This document shows positions 1-12,483 of a stretch of DNA of 64,000 nt, in pieces. Below the pieces are notes generated by a model. That model saw only the letters and a list, made by a program, of their open reading frames with translations. It made no database searches and was not told the DNA's origin. A program made the position numbers and the translations under genes. The stretch's first letter is position 1. Each line of letters starts with the position of its first letter. The stretch covers positions 26,414,001 to 26,478,000 of the forward strand of contig NC_045696.1 in assembly GCF_009834535.1 (NCBI RefSeq), written 5' to 3'. This stretch comes from Camelus ferus (taxonomy: Eukaryota).

Positions 1-349
1 TAGAAACATACACAATTGAAAATTACCATATATATCAAAGTGTGTCTATGGGCCATTTTAAGTCAATTATGTACTTACATAACAACTCCATATTTTTGCC
101 TTTGTATGGTTGATATGCAGAGATACAAAGATAAATACCTTTTTTGTAACATTTTGACAATCTGTTAGCACTCTAGAACCATTTGAAAATATTTTTATGA
201 TTTGGAATACAAATAGAAAATGGATGTTTCTTAAATGTTTTAAAATGTAAAATTCTTTTATTCACAACGTTTAATTCTCAATTGGTAAATATGGACCATG
301 TCAGAGTATATACTCTTCACACATCTGCAAATTAACCTTGATGAATGAT

Positions 350-1160
350 TTTTTTTCCAAGTTGTTACATTACATAAAATTTGCTATCTTGACCATTTTT
401 AAGTGTACAAGTTCAGTGGCCTTGAATACATTCATAATGTTGTGCAAACATCACCACCACCCATCTCCATAAATGTTTTCATCTTCAAAAACTGAACCCA
501 GTAAACAGTAATTCCCCACTCCCCACTTCTCCCAGCCCCTCAGAACCTGCAGTCTACTTTCTGTCTCTATGATTTTGACTACTCTGAGTGCTTCATATAA
601 GTGAACTCATACAATATTCTTGTGATTTGCTTATTTCATTTAGCATAATGTGCTCAAGGTACATCCAAGTTTTAGCATATGTCAGATTCCCTTAACTTTT
701 TAAGGCTGAATAATATTCCATTGTTATCTGTATTCTACACTTTGCTTATCTATTCATCCATCAATGGATGCCTGGTTTGCTTCTACATTTTAGCTACTAT
801 GAACAATGTTACTATGAACATTGGTGTACAAATATCTCTTCAAGATCCTGCTTTCAATTCCTTTGGGTATATACCCAGAAGTAGTGTTACTAGATCTTAT
901 GGCAATTCTATTTTTAATTTTTTGAGAGCCAACATACTGTTTTCCACTATGGCTGCACTATTTTACATTCCACCAACAGTGCACAAGAATTTCAATTTCT
1001 CCACATTCTCACTAATGCTTATTTTATGTTTCTTTTATTGTAAGTAGCCAACCTCAGAGTTGTGAGGTGGCATCTCACTGTAGTTTTGATTTGCATTTCC
1101 CTAAAGATTACTGATGTTAAGCACCTTTTCACATTCTTATTAGCCATCTGAATGATACCT
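350..1160 (-). mobile_element. Old LINE-1 3' fragment (L1MB/L1MC-like)
   Basis: Typical antisense L1 3' end and ORF2 motifs (ttaagtgtacaagttcagtggc..., tttgggtatatacccagaagt, ttgatttgcatttccct). Boundaries approximate. Confidence 0.85.
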
Positions 1161-3387
1161 TTTGGGTAAGATTTTGAGTGTTGCATCGTAATACTTTAAA
1201 ATTTACAGTTTATGAAAAATTTACAATTGGTCAGTACAGAAAAGCTAAATACAACTTAATTTCTGTGTCTGTGCTTCAGTTGTCCTCTTTTTCTCTAAAA
1301 TTATTTATTGCTTTGACAGTAACAGAAAATTTGGTGAGGCAAAAAGAGCATCTGATACAGGGAGAAATGCTTAGCTGCTGCCCACTTATCTCCTAAACTG
1401 CACATTTGGAGGTGTAGCCAATCAGTGCCTGCTTATTTGCATATTTGCAGTGATACTCACATTATCTTAGCTCTCTTTTAGCAGACTAAAACAATCACGT
1501 GATAATCCATTAAAAAAAAACACATAACTAGAAAGTCACATAAGATGGAAAGTTAATTAGCTATACTATTTTCACATTTTTGTATTTTTGTTCCTCCAAA
1601 TCAGACCTTTATTTAATACCACCAGTGCTCAGTTTTTTTAAAATAATTGTTTCAGATCAATTTGTTATTGTTATTATTGTCAAAAGGAGTTATTAAAGGG
1701 ACCCAAGTTGGTGTGGGCACACTGCTGATTCTTGATTCCCAGCACTTCAGTGAGTTGGTCAGGAAGCAGATTAGTGATCATTATTCTTTTGATTTCTCCA
1801 AAGAGCTGTCCATAACCAGTCCTGGGTAGGTGTGAAGGTTATGGCAGGACTGTTTTATAATTCACTTGAGAAATTACTTAAAAAATTGATAAGGCAGTGT
1901 ACTTTAGGTGCCAGCAAGATGTTTCTGAAAGCACTGCCTCATGAATTCCTAATAGACACTTGAATTATGATCATATTGTGTAATTACAGTGTCATAAGAG
2001 AGATGTCCTCAGATGACCTTAGGGAAGGGACTGAGGAACTGCATTTAGAAATTTAAATTTCATCCAATTTAAAAAGTACTCTGTATACTTTAAGTAACAG
2101 TATGACCTCAGTTCATTAAAAATATGAATCAATTCATAAGCTTTTGTTTTATTTTTACTTTTTACTAAGTAATCATAGTAAATATAATCAGTATCTTCCA
2201 AAGATAGGATATGTTGGATTCACAGCTGTGAAATAGTACTTTTTCTTTCATTCCCAGGGATTGGCTTAGCTGATCCATATTAATTTTGGTCAGAATCACA
2301 GTTCTGCAATCCATCAGCTTCTAAACACCAAATTTTTTCCCCATGATTCTCTAGTGAAATAATTTAGTGGCAAAATTTGATCCAAAATAATGTGAAGTTA
2401 TTTATAGACTTTGTCCCACTAATCATGAATATTCACATCTCACTCCAGAAATAATAATTTTGAATACAGTTTCTACCTCAGACCCTCTCTGCAATATGCA
2501 TCATATTACCTATCTCAGATCCAAAGCATTCTGAATTCCAAATAAATCTGGATAAGGGTTAATGAACCCTGACTGATCTTTACTTTCTTTGACCAATCCT
2601 TGAAACCCACTGCCGTGCTGTTAGCTCTGTACACTGGAATCTAGTGACCAGAGGGACGGGGTTCTCCAGCTCTGGCTTTGCTTGGTGCTGTTGCTAATAA
2701 GTTCCACAGGTTTATGAAGGGCTTAAGTTTTGTAGTCATAACATACACTATGAATATATTCAGTATCAACTATATTTGAAAGTATCATTCTTGTGAGGGT
2801 TGGATGATGAAACAAAGCACTGAATACGTTACGTATTCTCTATTAATTACAGTTCGTATCTATTGTAATTGTAGTATTTCAACTTGTAGTGCTTATTAGT
2901 GTCCCTAAAAGGACCTGTGATGGAGATGAATATGTTGTCAATTAGAACCCATTTCAGTTGTTTCATTGGAAGGATGATATAACCTGTTTGAACTACCCTG
3001 TTTCGGTTTCTATTTTGTGAGTTTTGTGTTACACCCTCTAATTAGGACACCTATATAATAACATTAAAAGTCATGATTTGATAATTCCTCATTAATGCAT
3101 GTCAGTCTTCCAGTATGTAGCAGTTGACACTCAAATAAGAATTGCCCCTTTGACTTAACCATATGTTTGGCTTGAAGAATTTTTAAATGTCTTATTAAAG
3201 TTGGAGCACATGGTGGCTTTGCCCTAGGCCAATCCACTGCTTCTTACTCTCTGTACAATTATGTTAATTATATTTTGTTAAAATTCCCAGAGGCTTTAGC
3301 TCTAAACTAAGGGCCAAAATGTGGTTGTTATAAATTGTAATTAATATTGACTACTTGTGTGTGTCTTTTTTTTTTTTTTCTTAACAG

Positions 3388-3430
3388 TTACATTTCAAAG
3401 AGGAGATGGAGGACTAATGAGCAATGGAAG
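3388..3430 (+). CDS. ROBO2: ROBO2 juxtamembrane coding exon (43 nt, phase 1 to 2): (V)TFQRGDGGLMSNG(S)
   Basis: Poly-T tract then ttaacag|TTACATTTC; ends GGAAG|gtatac; peptide matches recalled ROBO2 sequence. Confidence 0.95.
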
Positions 3431-4869
3431 GTATACTATGGAGATTTTTTTATTATTATTTTTAGTCAGAACTGAGAAAACTCTGTAAGAAGAGGCTATT
3501 ATTGTAATAAACAATCACTTATAAGTCTGAGAAATCTAGGAGGAATTAAATGGCTTACCACAAGGTTTAATGATCTATCTGTTGTACACTTTAGAGTAAT
3601 CAAGTCCAGATGTTTCATATCTCCCAGATGCCCCAGAAGAAATTAGTAGTAAATATCACAAGGAATATGTTCATTTGTTAGCAAGATGTTTATTGCATTA
3701 ATTAGACATTAGCAAATGAAGTTGCTGTTGTTTAAGACTCCTTATTGGCTCTCACTAAATTGCTGTGAGTGAACAATTACACATAATCGATCACAAAGTA
3801 AATGATTCATGGATGATGAATAGGCTGTAGATTGATAGGACTGGATTCCACAACTTTGGATACTCAATTGAAATTGATAAAAGCTGATAACAAACCCATA
3901 TATCCTCATCTATTTTCCCTTTGCTGATATGGAGATTGTAATTAGGCTCTGGTAATAACTTCCAATCTCCCAGTTAATCAATATTTTAGCGAAAAGAGAT
4001 TAGGTCTAATGAGAGCTAGTTGAGGTAGCAAGAAAGCATTTGGATCTTCTTATTGCAGTTTCCATAGAAACACATGTTTCTCTTAGGGATTGTATCAGAA
4101 AAGGTCTATCAAAAAAAAGTACAATGATTATAGATGTTGCTGTATCTTTGTAAATATGATAATGTCCTGGAAGGTGATCAGAATCCCATCTTTTATATTA
4201 AAGATGGGATTTCTTTATTAAATACAATGTAAAGGGAGTCTTTTTCATAGACTGTATGCACATGCTGGATCAGATCACAATAGATCTTCTATTACCTTAG
4301 GAAAAAACTTTAATATACTCCTAAAACTTTAAATTTAGAGAACTTGGAAATGTGCTATTGATGGAACAGTATAAATACTGCTTATTAATCTCCCTCAAGT
4401 TCCTTGCCTCTAAACCAAGCATGAGGGCTCATAACAGGGGTTACAGCCTATAGGGGACAGATAAATATGGGAACTGCAGGAATTGAGGAAGCAATAGCCC
4501 AAAGTCCTGGAAATGGCTGATATGGAGCAATCACTCTGAGCAGTTGTTCCCTTGAGGTGCCAATTTTTCACCAGACCTTGGATCGAGATGACTGCCTTGT
4601 AACCAGTTCCCACCAGTTTCAGGGAAGACAACTGACTGCATTTAGACGTCAGCAGAATCCCAGACAGGACTGTTCTGCTTCCACTGACAGAGTTGATTTG
4701 TATATATATAGCCTTGGTGAACTGCTAAAGTTCCTTAATTCTTGAGAACTTACATAGTTTAAAGGTGAATTAAAATCTTAAATTCTGTAGTACATTTTAG
4801 TTCATGAGACAGATATCCAAATCTCTCATTCAGTTCCTTGGACTGATTTCCTTTTCATTCCTGTTGTAG

Positions 4870-4997
4870 CCGCCCAGGTCTTCTAAATGCTGGAGATCCC
4901 AGTTATCCATGGCTTGCTGATTCGTGGCCAGCCACGAGCTTGCCCGTAAACAATAGCAATAGTGGCCCAAATGAGATTGGGAATTTTGGGCGTGGAG
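4870..4997 (+). CDS. ROBO2: ROBO2 coding exon (128 nt, phase 2 to 1): RPGLLNAGDPSYPWLADSWPATSLPVNNSNSGPNEIGNFGRG
   Basis: ctgttgtag|CCGCCC ... GGAG|gtaagt; contains the Robo-family PWLADSW motif; phases fit both neighbours. Confidence 0.97.
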
Positions 4998-6762
4998 GTA
5001 AGTTATGTTTTTCAAAATTTTGTTATTTTTGTTTTCTTGGCTTTCCTAGATGTTTTGAAAAGTACATGCTAATAAAAAGTACTGCCTTCCATAGTTAAAT
5101 TGAGTTAAGCACATGTATTCATAATGCTGTACATTTGGTAAATATCTTATTATAAAACTATTGTGAATAGCTACCTGTTTTACTTGTATTGAAATAACAT
5201 GCCATACTATATTTATATCAAGAAATAAATGCTCAAAGATGGAGAAAGTGTTTTGTTTTTGTTTGTTTGTTTGTTTTCAGTTTCTAGCAGGTACATTAAC
5301 ATCTAAAATGTCTCAGTCTAATTTAGCCAAAGAGTACATTTGTAGATTTTTAAACTTTCCATTTCCACCTCATTTTCATGCCATGAAAATATTTCCCAGG
5401 TGAAGTATCAAGAAAGTTTTTGCAAGCTTCTTTATCTCTTCTCAGTGTGATAGGCTTTTTAAGCACTTACTATGTACCAAAGAGAGTTAGGATTTTGTAT
5501 ACATCTTATTTCATTTCCTTTGCACAATAAATGTTGCTGAGAAGATAATTTTTAGCTTTTGTAAAATGCAGAAGCAAAATTAATATTTTACAAGAGTCCT
5601 TATTTCAAGTTTTGTTGGATATCATGGAATCTAAACATTTTAGGATATTTTGACTACTTCAACTTTCTCCTTGTGAGGATAAGCTAGTTTGGTACTGAGA
5701 TAATTTGGTTTCTTATTACTGTACGATAACTAGTTGACTGTTTTCCATAATGAAGAAATCAAGTGGATTGATGACCTCATGTCCTGTGAAGAGTGGCTTT
5801 CAGAACATAGATCATTAAGGAGCATTCTATAATTAGATTCACCTTAACTCTACATATAAAATGATATTATTTAGTGGGTTTTTTTTTTTTAATTCTAGTA
5901 GCTTTCTTCTGAAAAGGAAAGTGCTCAGGAGAGAGGTGGCAGTTCTGAATTTAAAAGCATCCTGTAACGATAATTCAGCACACCAAAGTGATAAATGGAC
6001 TGATTGATATTCAGTGTTGTTCCTAAAGTTTAATTTTACTCTTGCTGTATTATAACTTGAAACTATTATTCTCCCCTTCTAAGATTTGGTAGCATAAATT
6101 AAATGCACTGATCACTCAGATTGCTTTTTCTGTAGTTAAATCCTGCTGTATTGTGGAAATGACTTATTCATGAAAATTTTCCTTTGTTATCCAAGGGGAA
6201 AAAAAGTGCTACTACCATCAGTTACACTCCATTTCTGGAGCTGTGAAATTAACTCAGATAAACAACAAGTTGAAACTTCAGAAAAAAAGTACCTCATAGT
6301 TTGGATAGTGTAATTTTGCAAATGTTTGCATCCGTTTAGCTGGTATACTCCACGTCTCTTGGGATAAAGTGGAAAAAGATTTTTTCATCCGTGATTTGTA
6401 GATTCCCTCTTGTCATTGTTTCTGTAAAGAGCTAACAATTTCATAGATTCTAAAACAGAATGAACAACTGAAAGCAGTTTTTAGTAGCGAAAGATACCAA
6501 ACATCTCATTCGTGGTTGAAGAAGATGGGAGAAGAGGTGTTTTAAGCCGTGAGACATGAAGGACGAGCCGCAGGCCTGCCTGTCACCGAGGCTGATAGCT
6601 TGGCAATGGTTGTACATCATCTTCCCTTCATTGGCTCATGAAGCCCATCTCCGCTGAAATGCAAATGCGCGACATGACACATTTATTTTTCATCTTCAGT
6701 CCTGAGAGTTTTGTGCTTCCTGTGCATCATTAAATTGTTCCATTTCCCTCTGTTCACCACAG

Positions 6763-7044
6763 ATGTGCTGCCACCAGTTCCGGGCCAAGGGGATAAAACG
6801 GCAACGATGCTCTCAGACGGAGCCATTTATAGCAGCATTGACTTCACAACCAAAACCACTTACAACAGTTCCAGCCAAATAACACAGGCTACTCCTTACG
6901 CCACGACACAGATATTGCATTCCAATAGCATACACGAACTGGCTGTTGATCTGCCTGATCCACAGTGGAAAAGCTCGATTCAGCAAAAAACAGATCTGAT
7001 GGGATTTGGTTATTCTTTGCCTGATCAGAACAAAGGTAACAACG
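6763..7044 (+). CDS. ROBO2: ROBO2 coding exon (282 nt) with CC0 (DGAIYSSIDF) and CC1 (TPYATTQI)
   Basis: caccacag|ATGTGCTG ... AACAACG|gtaagt; lies within ORF 6711..7100. Confidence 0.97.
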
Positions 7045-7442
7045 GTAAGTCAGATCCTTACTTCCTGAAGTTATTTTCATATCATTTGTGCATGAGATAG
7101 AAATTAGTATTTGTTGTTCAGTTTAGTGACTCATTACCAGGTTCACTACCTAAACTAAAAAACTATACCAGCATGTATTCAGTACCTTGCACAGTCCCTA
7201 CCACCACCACCACCACCACTGTCGCTATCACCACACACCAACACCAATCGGTTTCATCCTTTTAGCTCTTTCTTCAATAGTGATCAGTAATCCATCTCGA
7301 CTTCCATTAGGCAGGATAGACAAAACATTCCTCCACTGTCCTACGACATCTGCTTCTGAGTTGCTAACTGCATGTTCTGCATGGGCTTGTGCTGTGAACT
7401 AATCACATGATGCCACTATGACCTCTGCCCTTTAACCCTTAG

Positions 7443-7568
7443 CCTTACTTTACATCCCTGACTACCGATTGGCTGAGGGATTGTCTAATAGAATGCCACA
7501 CAACCAGTCACAGGATTTCAGCACCACCAGCTCTCACAACAGCTCAGAGAGGAGTGGCAGTCTCTCAG
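7443..7568 (+). CDS. ROBO2: ROBO2 alternative cassette exon (126 nt, 42 aa, phase 1/1): ALLYIPDYRLAEGLSNRMPHNQSQDFSTTSSHNSSERSGSLS
   Basis: aacccttag|CCTTAC ... CTCTCAG|gttggt; open in frame; absent from the canonical human tail as I recall it (NKGNN-GGKGG contiguous). Confidence 0.85.
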
Positions 7569-10500
7569 GTTGGTTTCGTCACAGTAAGGAGAAATATTTG
7601 TTTGTCACCAGCATACGACCTGTGTTCTTCCTAACAACTGTGAAGAAATACTGGATCACAACTCACTGTCAGACATTTATCTTTCAAATGACAGTAACGG
7701 TTTATCCTAATAAAATCATACTTTGGGGGAGGGGGATAAAGTTCATCATCACTCCTTATGTCCTAATTGTACAAGGATGTATTTACTGAAAAATAGTGCC
7801 ATTTTACTAAATACTACTCATTGAAGAGCAGATAAGTTTGATCTGCCTTGAACCCTACTTAGAAGTCAAGAGAACTTCATAATAAAAAATTCATATAGGA
7901 AAGTCAGCTTCATGGCATGGATAGAAAAGATAAATTCAACTAAAATGCAAATGATTTTGGAGATTTTTTCATAATATTAGGATTCTAGTGATGTGACTTC
8001 CTATTTTTGGACCATCTTTCCAAAATATAATATAATAGGATTTCTTATCTGTTGAATGATATTATTTAGAGTAACAAGAATGTTAATATAGGATGTTATT
8101 CTTTACTTTTAATTTCCAAAAATACCCCATCATTCATGTTGATAATTCTTTTATGCTGTAAAATTTTAGTATATATTCAAGATACATCAGCTAAACTAAT
8201 AATCTATGAGTCAGTATTGCACAGTACATGTGAGGAAAAACATATTTTATTGGAAAGAAATACACACCTATTATAACGAATATCAGTGATATTCATTTTT
8301 CTCTAAGCCCAAGAATCTTCATCTCTAAAATGAGGAGGTTCTAGTAGACATTCTAACTTCCAACCATAACATTTACATTTTTTATGACTTTGATGACTTT
8401 ATCTACACACTTCTAATTGATGCCATAACCTTATTTTCTTAATTTTTTCATATTAATGATATGCCATTTGTTTTTATGAATTTTTTTAACCTCAGGTTCT
8501 TAGTAAAGGATTATAGTGTATTACGATATGTCACAGGCTACCAGTCATCAAGGCCATAAAGAGTTAATTCTTTTACATCATTAGGGTAACATTTACTAAA
8601 TGACTTTTCCTCAGAGATGGAACCCTTTTAGTCTGAAAATGTCAATGCTCTCTCTTACCTCCAAAATGAGTCATTTGCTCTTCTTACCTATTGGCAGAAT
8701 TAGCTAGATTATAGAATCCAGAAAATTTTAAACATCTGTTATGAATTTAAACTGGCTTAATAACATAGGGGAATTTGGAATAACCTTATATGTCATTTAT
8801 TTATGATGAGTCCCACAGTAGTACTGAATAATCAGAAAAATAATTTATCCTAAGCTTACTTCATTCAAGATACGTAAAGTCTCAAGCAATATATATGTAC
8901 TTTAAAAAAAATCTATATACTGTAAGTCATGGATGATATAAGACCTGTGAATTCTTCAGTAAATATTCTGTACATGTTGATTACCACTGAGTTTTAAAAG
9001 TTATCTTTTGAGTAATTGTAAGCAGAACATGATTCACAGTAGTGCTTACTGCATTTTTGAATCCATTAATCTCCTGAGTGACATTTATATATATCTATGA
9101 ATTATGTTAACTACTTCATCTACATTTGAATACAAAATTACTTAAATTGGTAATAGAAAGCATTCTTTAGGAGGTAACAGTGTAGTGATTTTTTTTTTCC
9201 TTTTTAGCTTAGTCAAATTGATTTTAATATTAGAGTTCATTTTATTCTTATAATCATAGGTACGTTTCCTGAAAGCTCAAATTTAAAATCAAACTACCCT
9301 ATGGATATCAAATCATATTGTATTATAAGATTTTCTTAATTTGTGCAGAGTGATGAAACCAATTTAAAATAATCACAGTAATAAAGAAAATTGGACATTC
9401 CTGAGTTATTTGATTAAATTTCTTACCTTCTTTGAAACACTTTTATGGTTTATTCAATACATAACTTCTTAGCACTTCTTAAAAAATCCAACTGTTAAAA
9501 AATATAAAACTCAGACTTTTTCAAAACAGTATCTGCAATCAAAATATGTTTATACACATACACACACAGATGTATCACACAATCTCAGTAGTAATACTTT
9601 TACTAATACTAATACTAATACTAATACTAAACCTTTTATATAACAGTATTTTTAAAGAATAGACTCTAAGTTTAATTTGAAAAATGAATTGCTTTCATAG
9701 TTTCCTTTACATGGAAGTCCCTTGTTCAGCATAAATAACCGTAAACCCAAATATTTACATTTTGAGTTGAAGTTTGATGGGTCAGATATATTTGCAAGTC
9801 ATAAGAATATGTTCCCTAAAATATAATACAGGCAGTTATCACTTTAAAATGCTTAAAGATCCTTGGTTGCAAGTAACAGCAACAGATTCTCATTCACTTA
9901 GCTCAAGATATAGATCTCAGATAGAGAATTTAATTTCCTTAGTCATATGCCACTTCCATGCTAAGAGCCCACCTCTTAACTCATTGCTAGAGAAGACAAT
10001 TGTGTTTAGGGATAGTCCTACTAAGAGTGCCCATAATGAGAGGGCAGAAATTTTCCCCAAAGAGGGGAAAGTGGACAGTGGATGGAAAGCCCTCACAAAT
10101 TCCCTCTATAAATCAGCTGTTTCCACAGTACATTTTTAAGCCAGGTGTTTGGAAGAATTGATAATGGCTTTCTTGACCTTGGGCAAAGATTTCAGCAGAG
10201 CTGGATTCAGAGCTGCAGAGATTGCAATTTCCAGTAAAGCTGCTGCGTTCTAAATTGTTTGTGCTCTTAATGTGTGAATGTGGACCACAAACTCAGAAAG
10301 AACTTTAATTTTCCTCATCTATAAAATGGAGATGTAAAAACTTCCCTATTTGTGTCACTCAATTCGGGTGACCATATGACATTTCTAAAAGTGCTATGAA
10401 AAGTGAAGAAAAAAGCATTGTACACGTATAGATATATTAGGAATAAAAGAGTTACAAGTAGGGGGAAAGCTATGAAGAACATATGTCCAACTCATTCTTC

Positions 10501-12326
10501 TTTTAGGTATTGAAATATAGTTCTGATACTACAGTGAAAAATATGATCCCACTTGATGATTTTGGTGGGTTATCAGGAAATAAAGGGTTAAGGCTCACCT
10601 ACCTTGAACACAAAAATTACAGACTTAAATTCAGTCAGGTTGATTATTTTTATTCCAATAATCAGGCTATTTCTGGGACACTCAATAGTGTTGGAGGAGT
10701 TGGGCGTGGCAAAGGCTTTGAAACCAGGTAAAACAGAGTTTGCTCCGAAATAGAGGCGATGGGAAAGGGTGATAATGACCGGCATTTATTCAGCATTCTG
10801 TACATTTTGAGCCATTTACATGCATTATCTCTTGTAAACCTTAAAGTAATCTCCAAAAGGAGTAATTTTATATGTTTTATGTGTGGGGAAATTGAAGTGA
10901 TATCTATTGCATAACTTATTAACTGAGTAAGAAGTTAGTTTTCAAACCCAGAGATCAAGCTCTTCTTTTCAAAGCAGTAGATACCTGCTCTCCTTTTTCT
11001 TAATATACCTCTCCTGCTGCCGAAGATAAAAAGTGAAAGGAATGGTAAAAGCACCTTGTTTACAAGGATGCTCTTTTTAAAAATGTGTGTATATGTGCAC
11101 ACCTAGAAAACAAACATAACTTCTCTATTGGTAATAGTGTGTATGTCCAGTTTAACAGTTTTGTCACACTCTGAGACTCAGTTTTTATTAAATCACATAA
11201 ATTGTCTGATGCAGGTTAGTAACTGGTAGAAGAAAGGAGATGAAGTAAACTTCTGGTGATATCTCTAGTGTTAGATAGCCCTGCTACACATATTTCATGC
11301 TCACAACTTTTAGTTCCAGAAAAGTGAAGTTCAAGGGGTCAATACCATTTTTTTGGAAATATAGCTATTGACCATAATGGAGGTGCCAGAATTTACTTAG
11401 GTTCCCCTGAAACATCTTTTTTGTCATTCTGCTCAGGAAGTACTGATTTCTGCATCCAACCAGGGTCCATTTAAGAAGAAACTTGATTGTATTTAATTTT
11501 GGAAGAGTGAAAAATACTGCATTGTACAAATGACAAATTCTATTTTTATATTTCATTAAGTTCTGATAATTCCAGATATGGTTCATATGCGGCCGAGTTA
11601 CTTTCTGTTCATGTTTTGTGCATGAATTCATTTGTATTACAATAATACTGAAACCTATTACTATATTTCTATTAGTTCTCACCATATTTGGAATTTTAAG
11701 AAATGTGATGCTTAAGACATCTGGGAACTACTCTAACTATATGCAAAAATAATTGTGCCATTCGTTGGTTAAGAATTCTTTAAAACGTATCATTGTGAGA
11801 GATTAACAAGTATCCTCCAGATTGTAGTTGCTTGATTTTTATAAGTTACTTCTGAAAGAAAACTGTTACTCTCCTGGATTAATTAAATTGAGTAAATTCT
11901 AATGGAAAAGTTTAGCCTATATCCTTAGACACTGCGTTTTCCACTGAGACAGATTATGCAAAAGAGCATTCATTATAAACGCACTAAAATCTGACATTTG
12001 AAAGAATTGGTTATGGCCCATTATTTCGTCTAACAATGAAAACGTGGAGGCAGCAAATGTGAATAAATCAATAAATGTGCTTTTGCTACTGCAGCCATGT
12101 TTTTGGTTTATTCAGCACTGCGGTTAATGCATTGTGGAAGAAACAATATCATTTTGAGTGATTTATAAAAATGTTTTTCTGATTATATCATTTCATTGTT
12201 TATAGCTTTTAACAACTGTAACATACTGATTCGGGTGTTTTGAAAACATAAATACATCTTCCCATCTGATGTATTCTGTTTCTTCTGATATTCAGTATGT
12301 CTGAATAAATGTATTATTACTTTCAG

Positions 12327-12483
12327 GTGGGAAAGGTGGAAAAAAGAAGAAAAATAAAAATTCTTCTAAACCACAGAAAAACAACGGATCGACCTGGGCC
12401 AATGTTCCGCTACCTCCTCCCCCAGTCCAGCCCCTTCCTGGTACAGAGCTGGAACACTATGCAGTGGAACAGCAAGAAAATGG
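12327..12483 (+). CDS. ROBO2: ROBO2 coding exon (157 nt, phase 1 to 2) with polybasic GGKKKKNK and CC2 (VPLPPPPVQP)
   Basis: actttcag|GTGGGAAA ... AAATGG|gtaaaa; translation GGKGGKKKKNKNSSKPQKNNGSTWANVPLPPPPVQPLPGTELEHYAVEQQENG. Confidence 0.97.

Noticed and set aside
679..1047. 122-aa ORF, and similar ORFs at 16270-17296 and 20311-21093
   Set aside because: They lie largely within decayed L1 sequence; chance or relic frames, not genes.
2822..2838. 8-bp palindrome GAATACGT-T-ACGTATTC
   Set aside because: Short enough to arise by chance in 64 kb.
7187..7265. Poly-His ORF start (MHSPYHHHHHH)
   Set aside because: This is translation of an intronic (CAC)n repeat from a non-ATG start, with no gene context.
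7517..7530. TTCAGCACCAC REST half-site (similar one at 12111)
   Set aside because: The right half GGACAG is missing; the first copy is explained by coding sequence.
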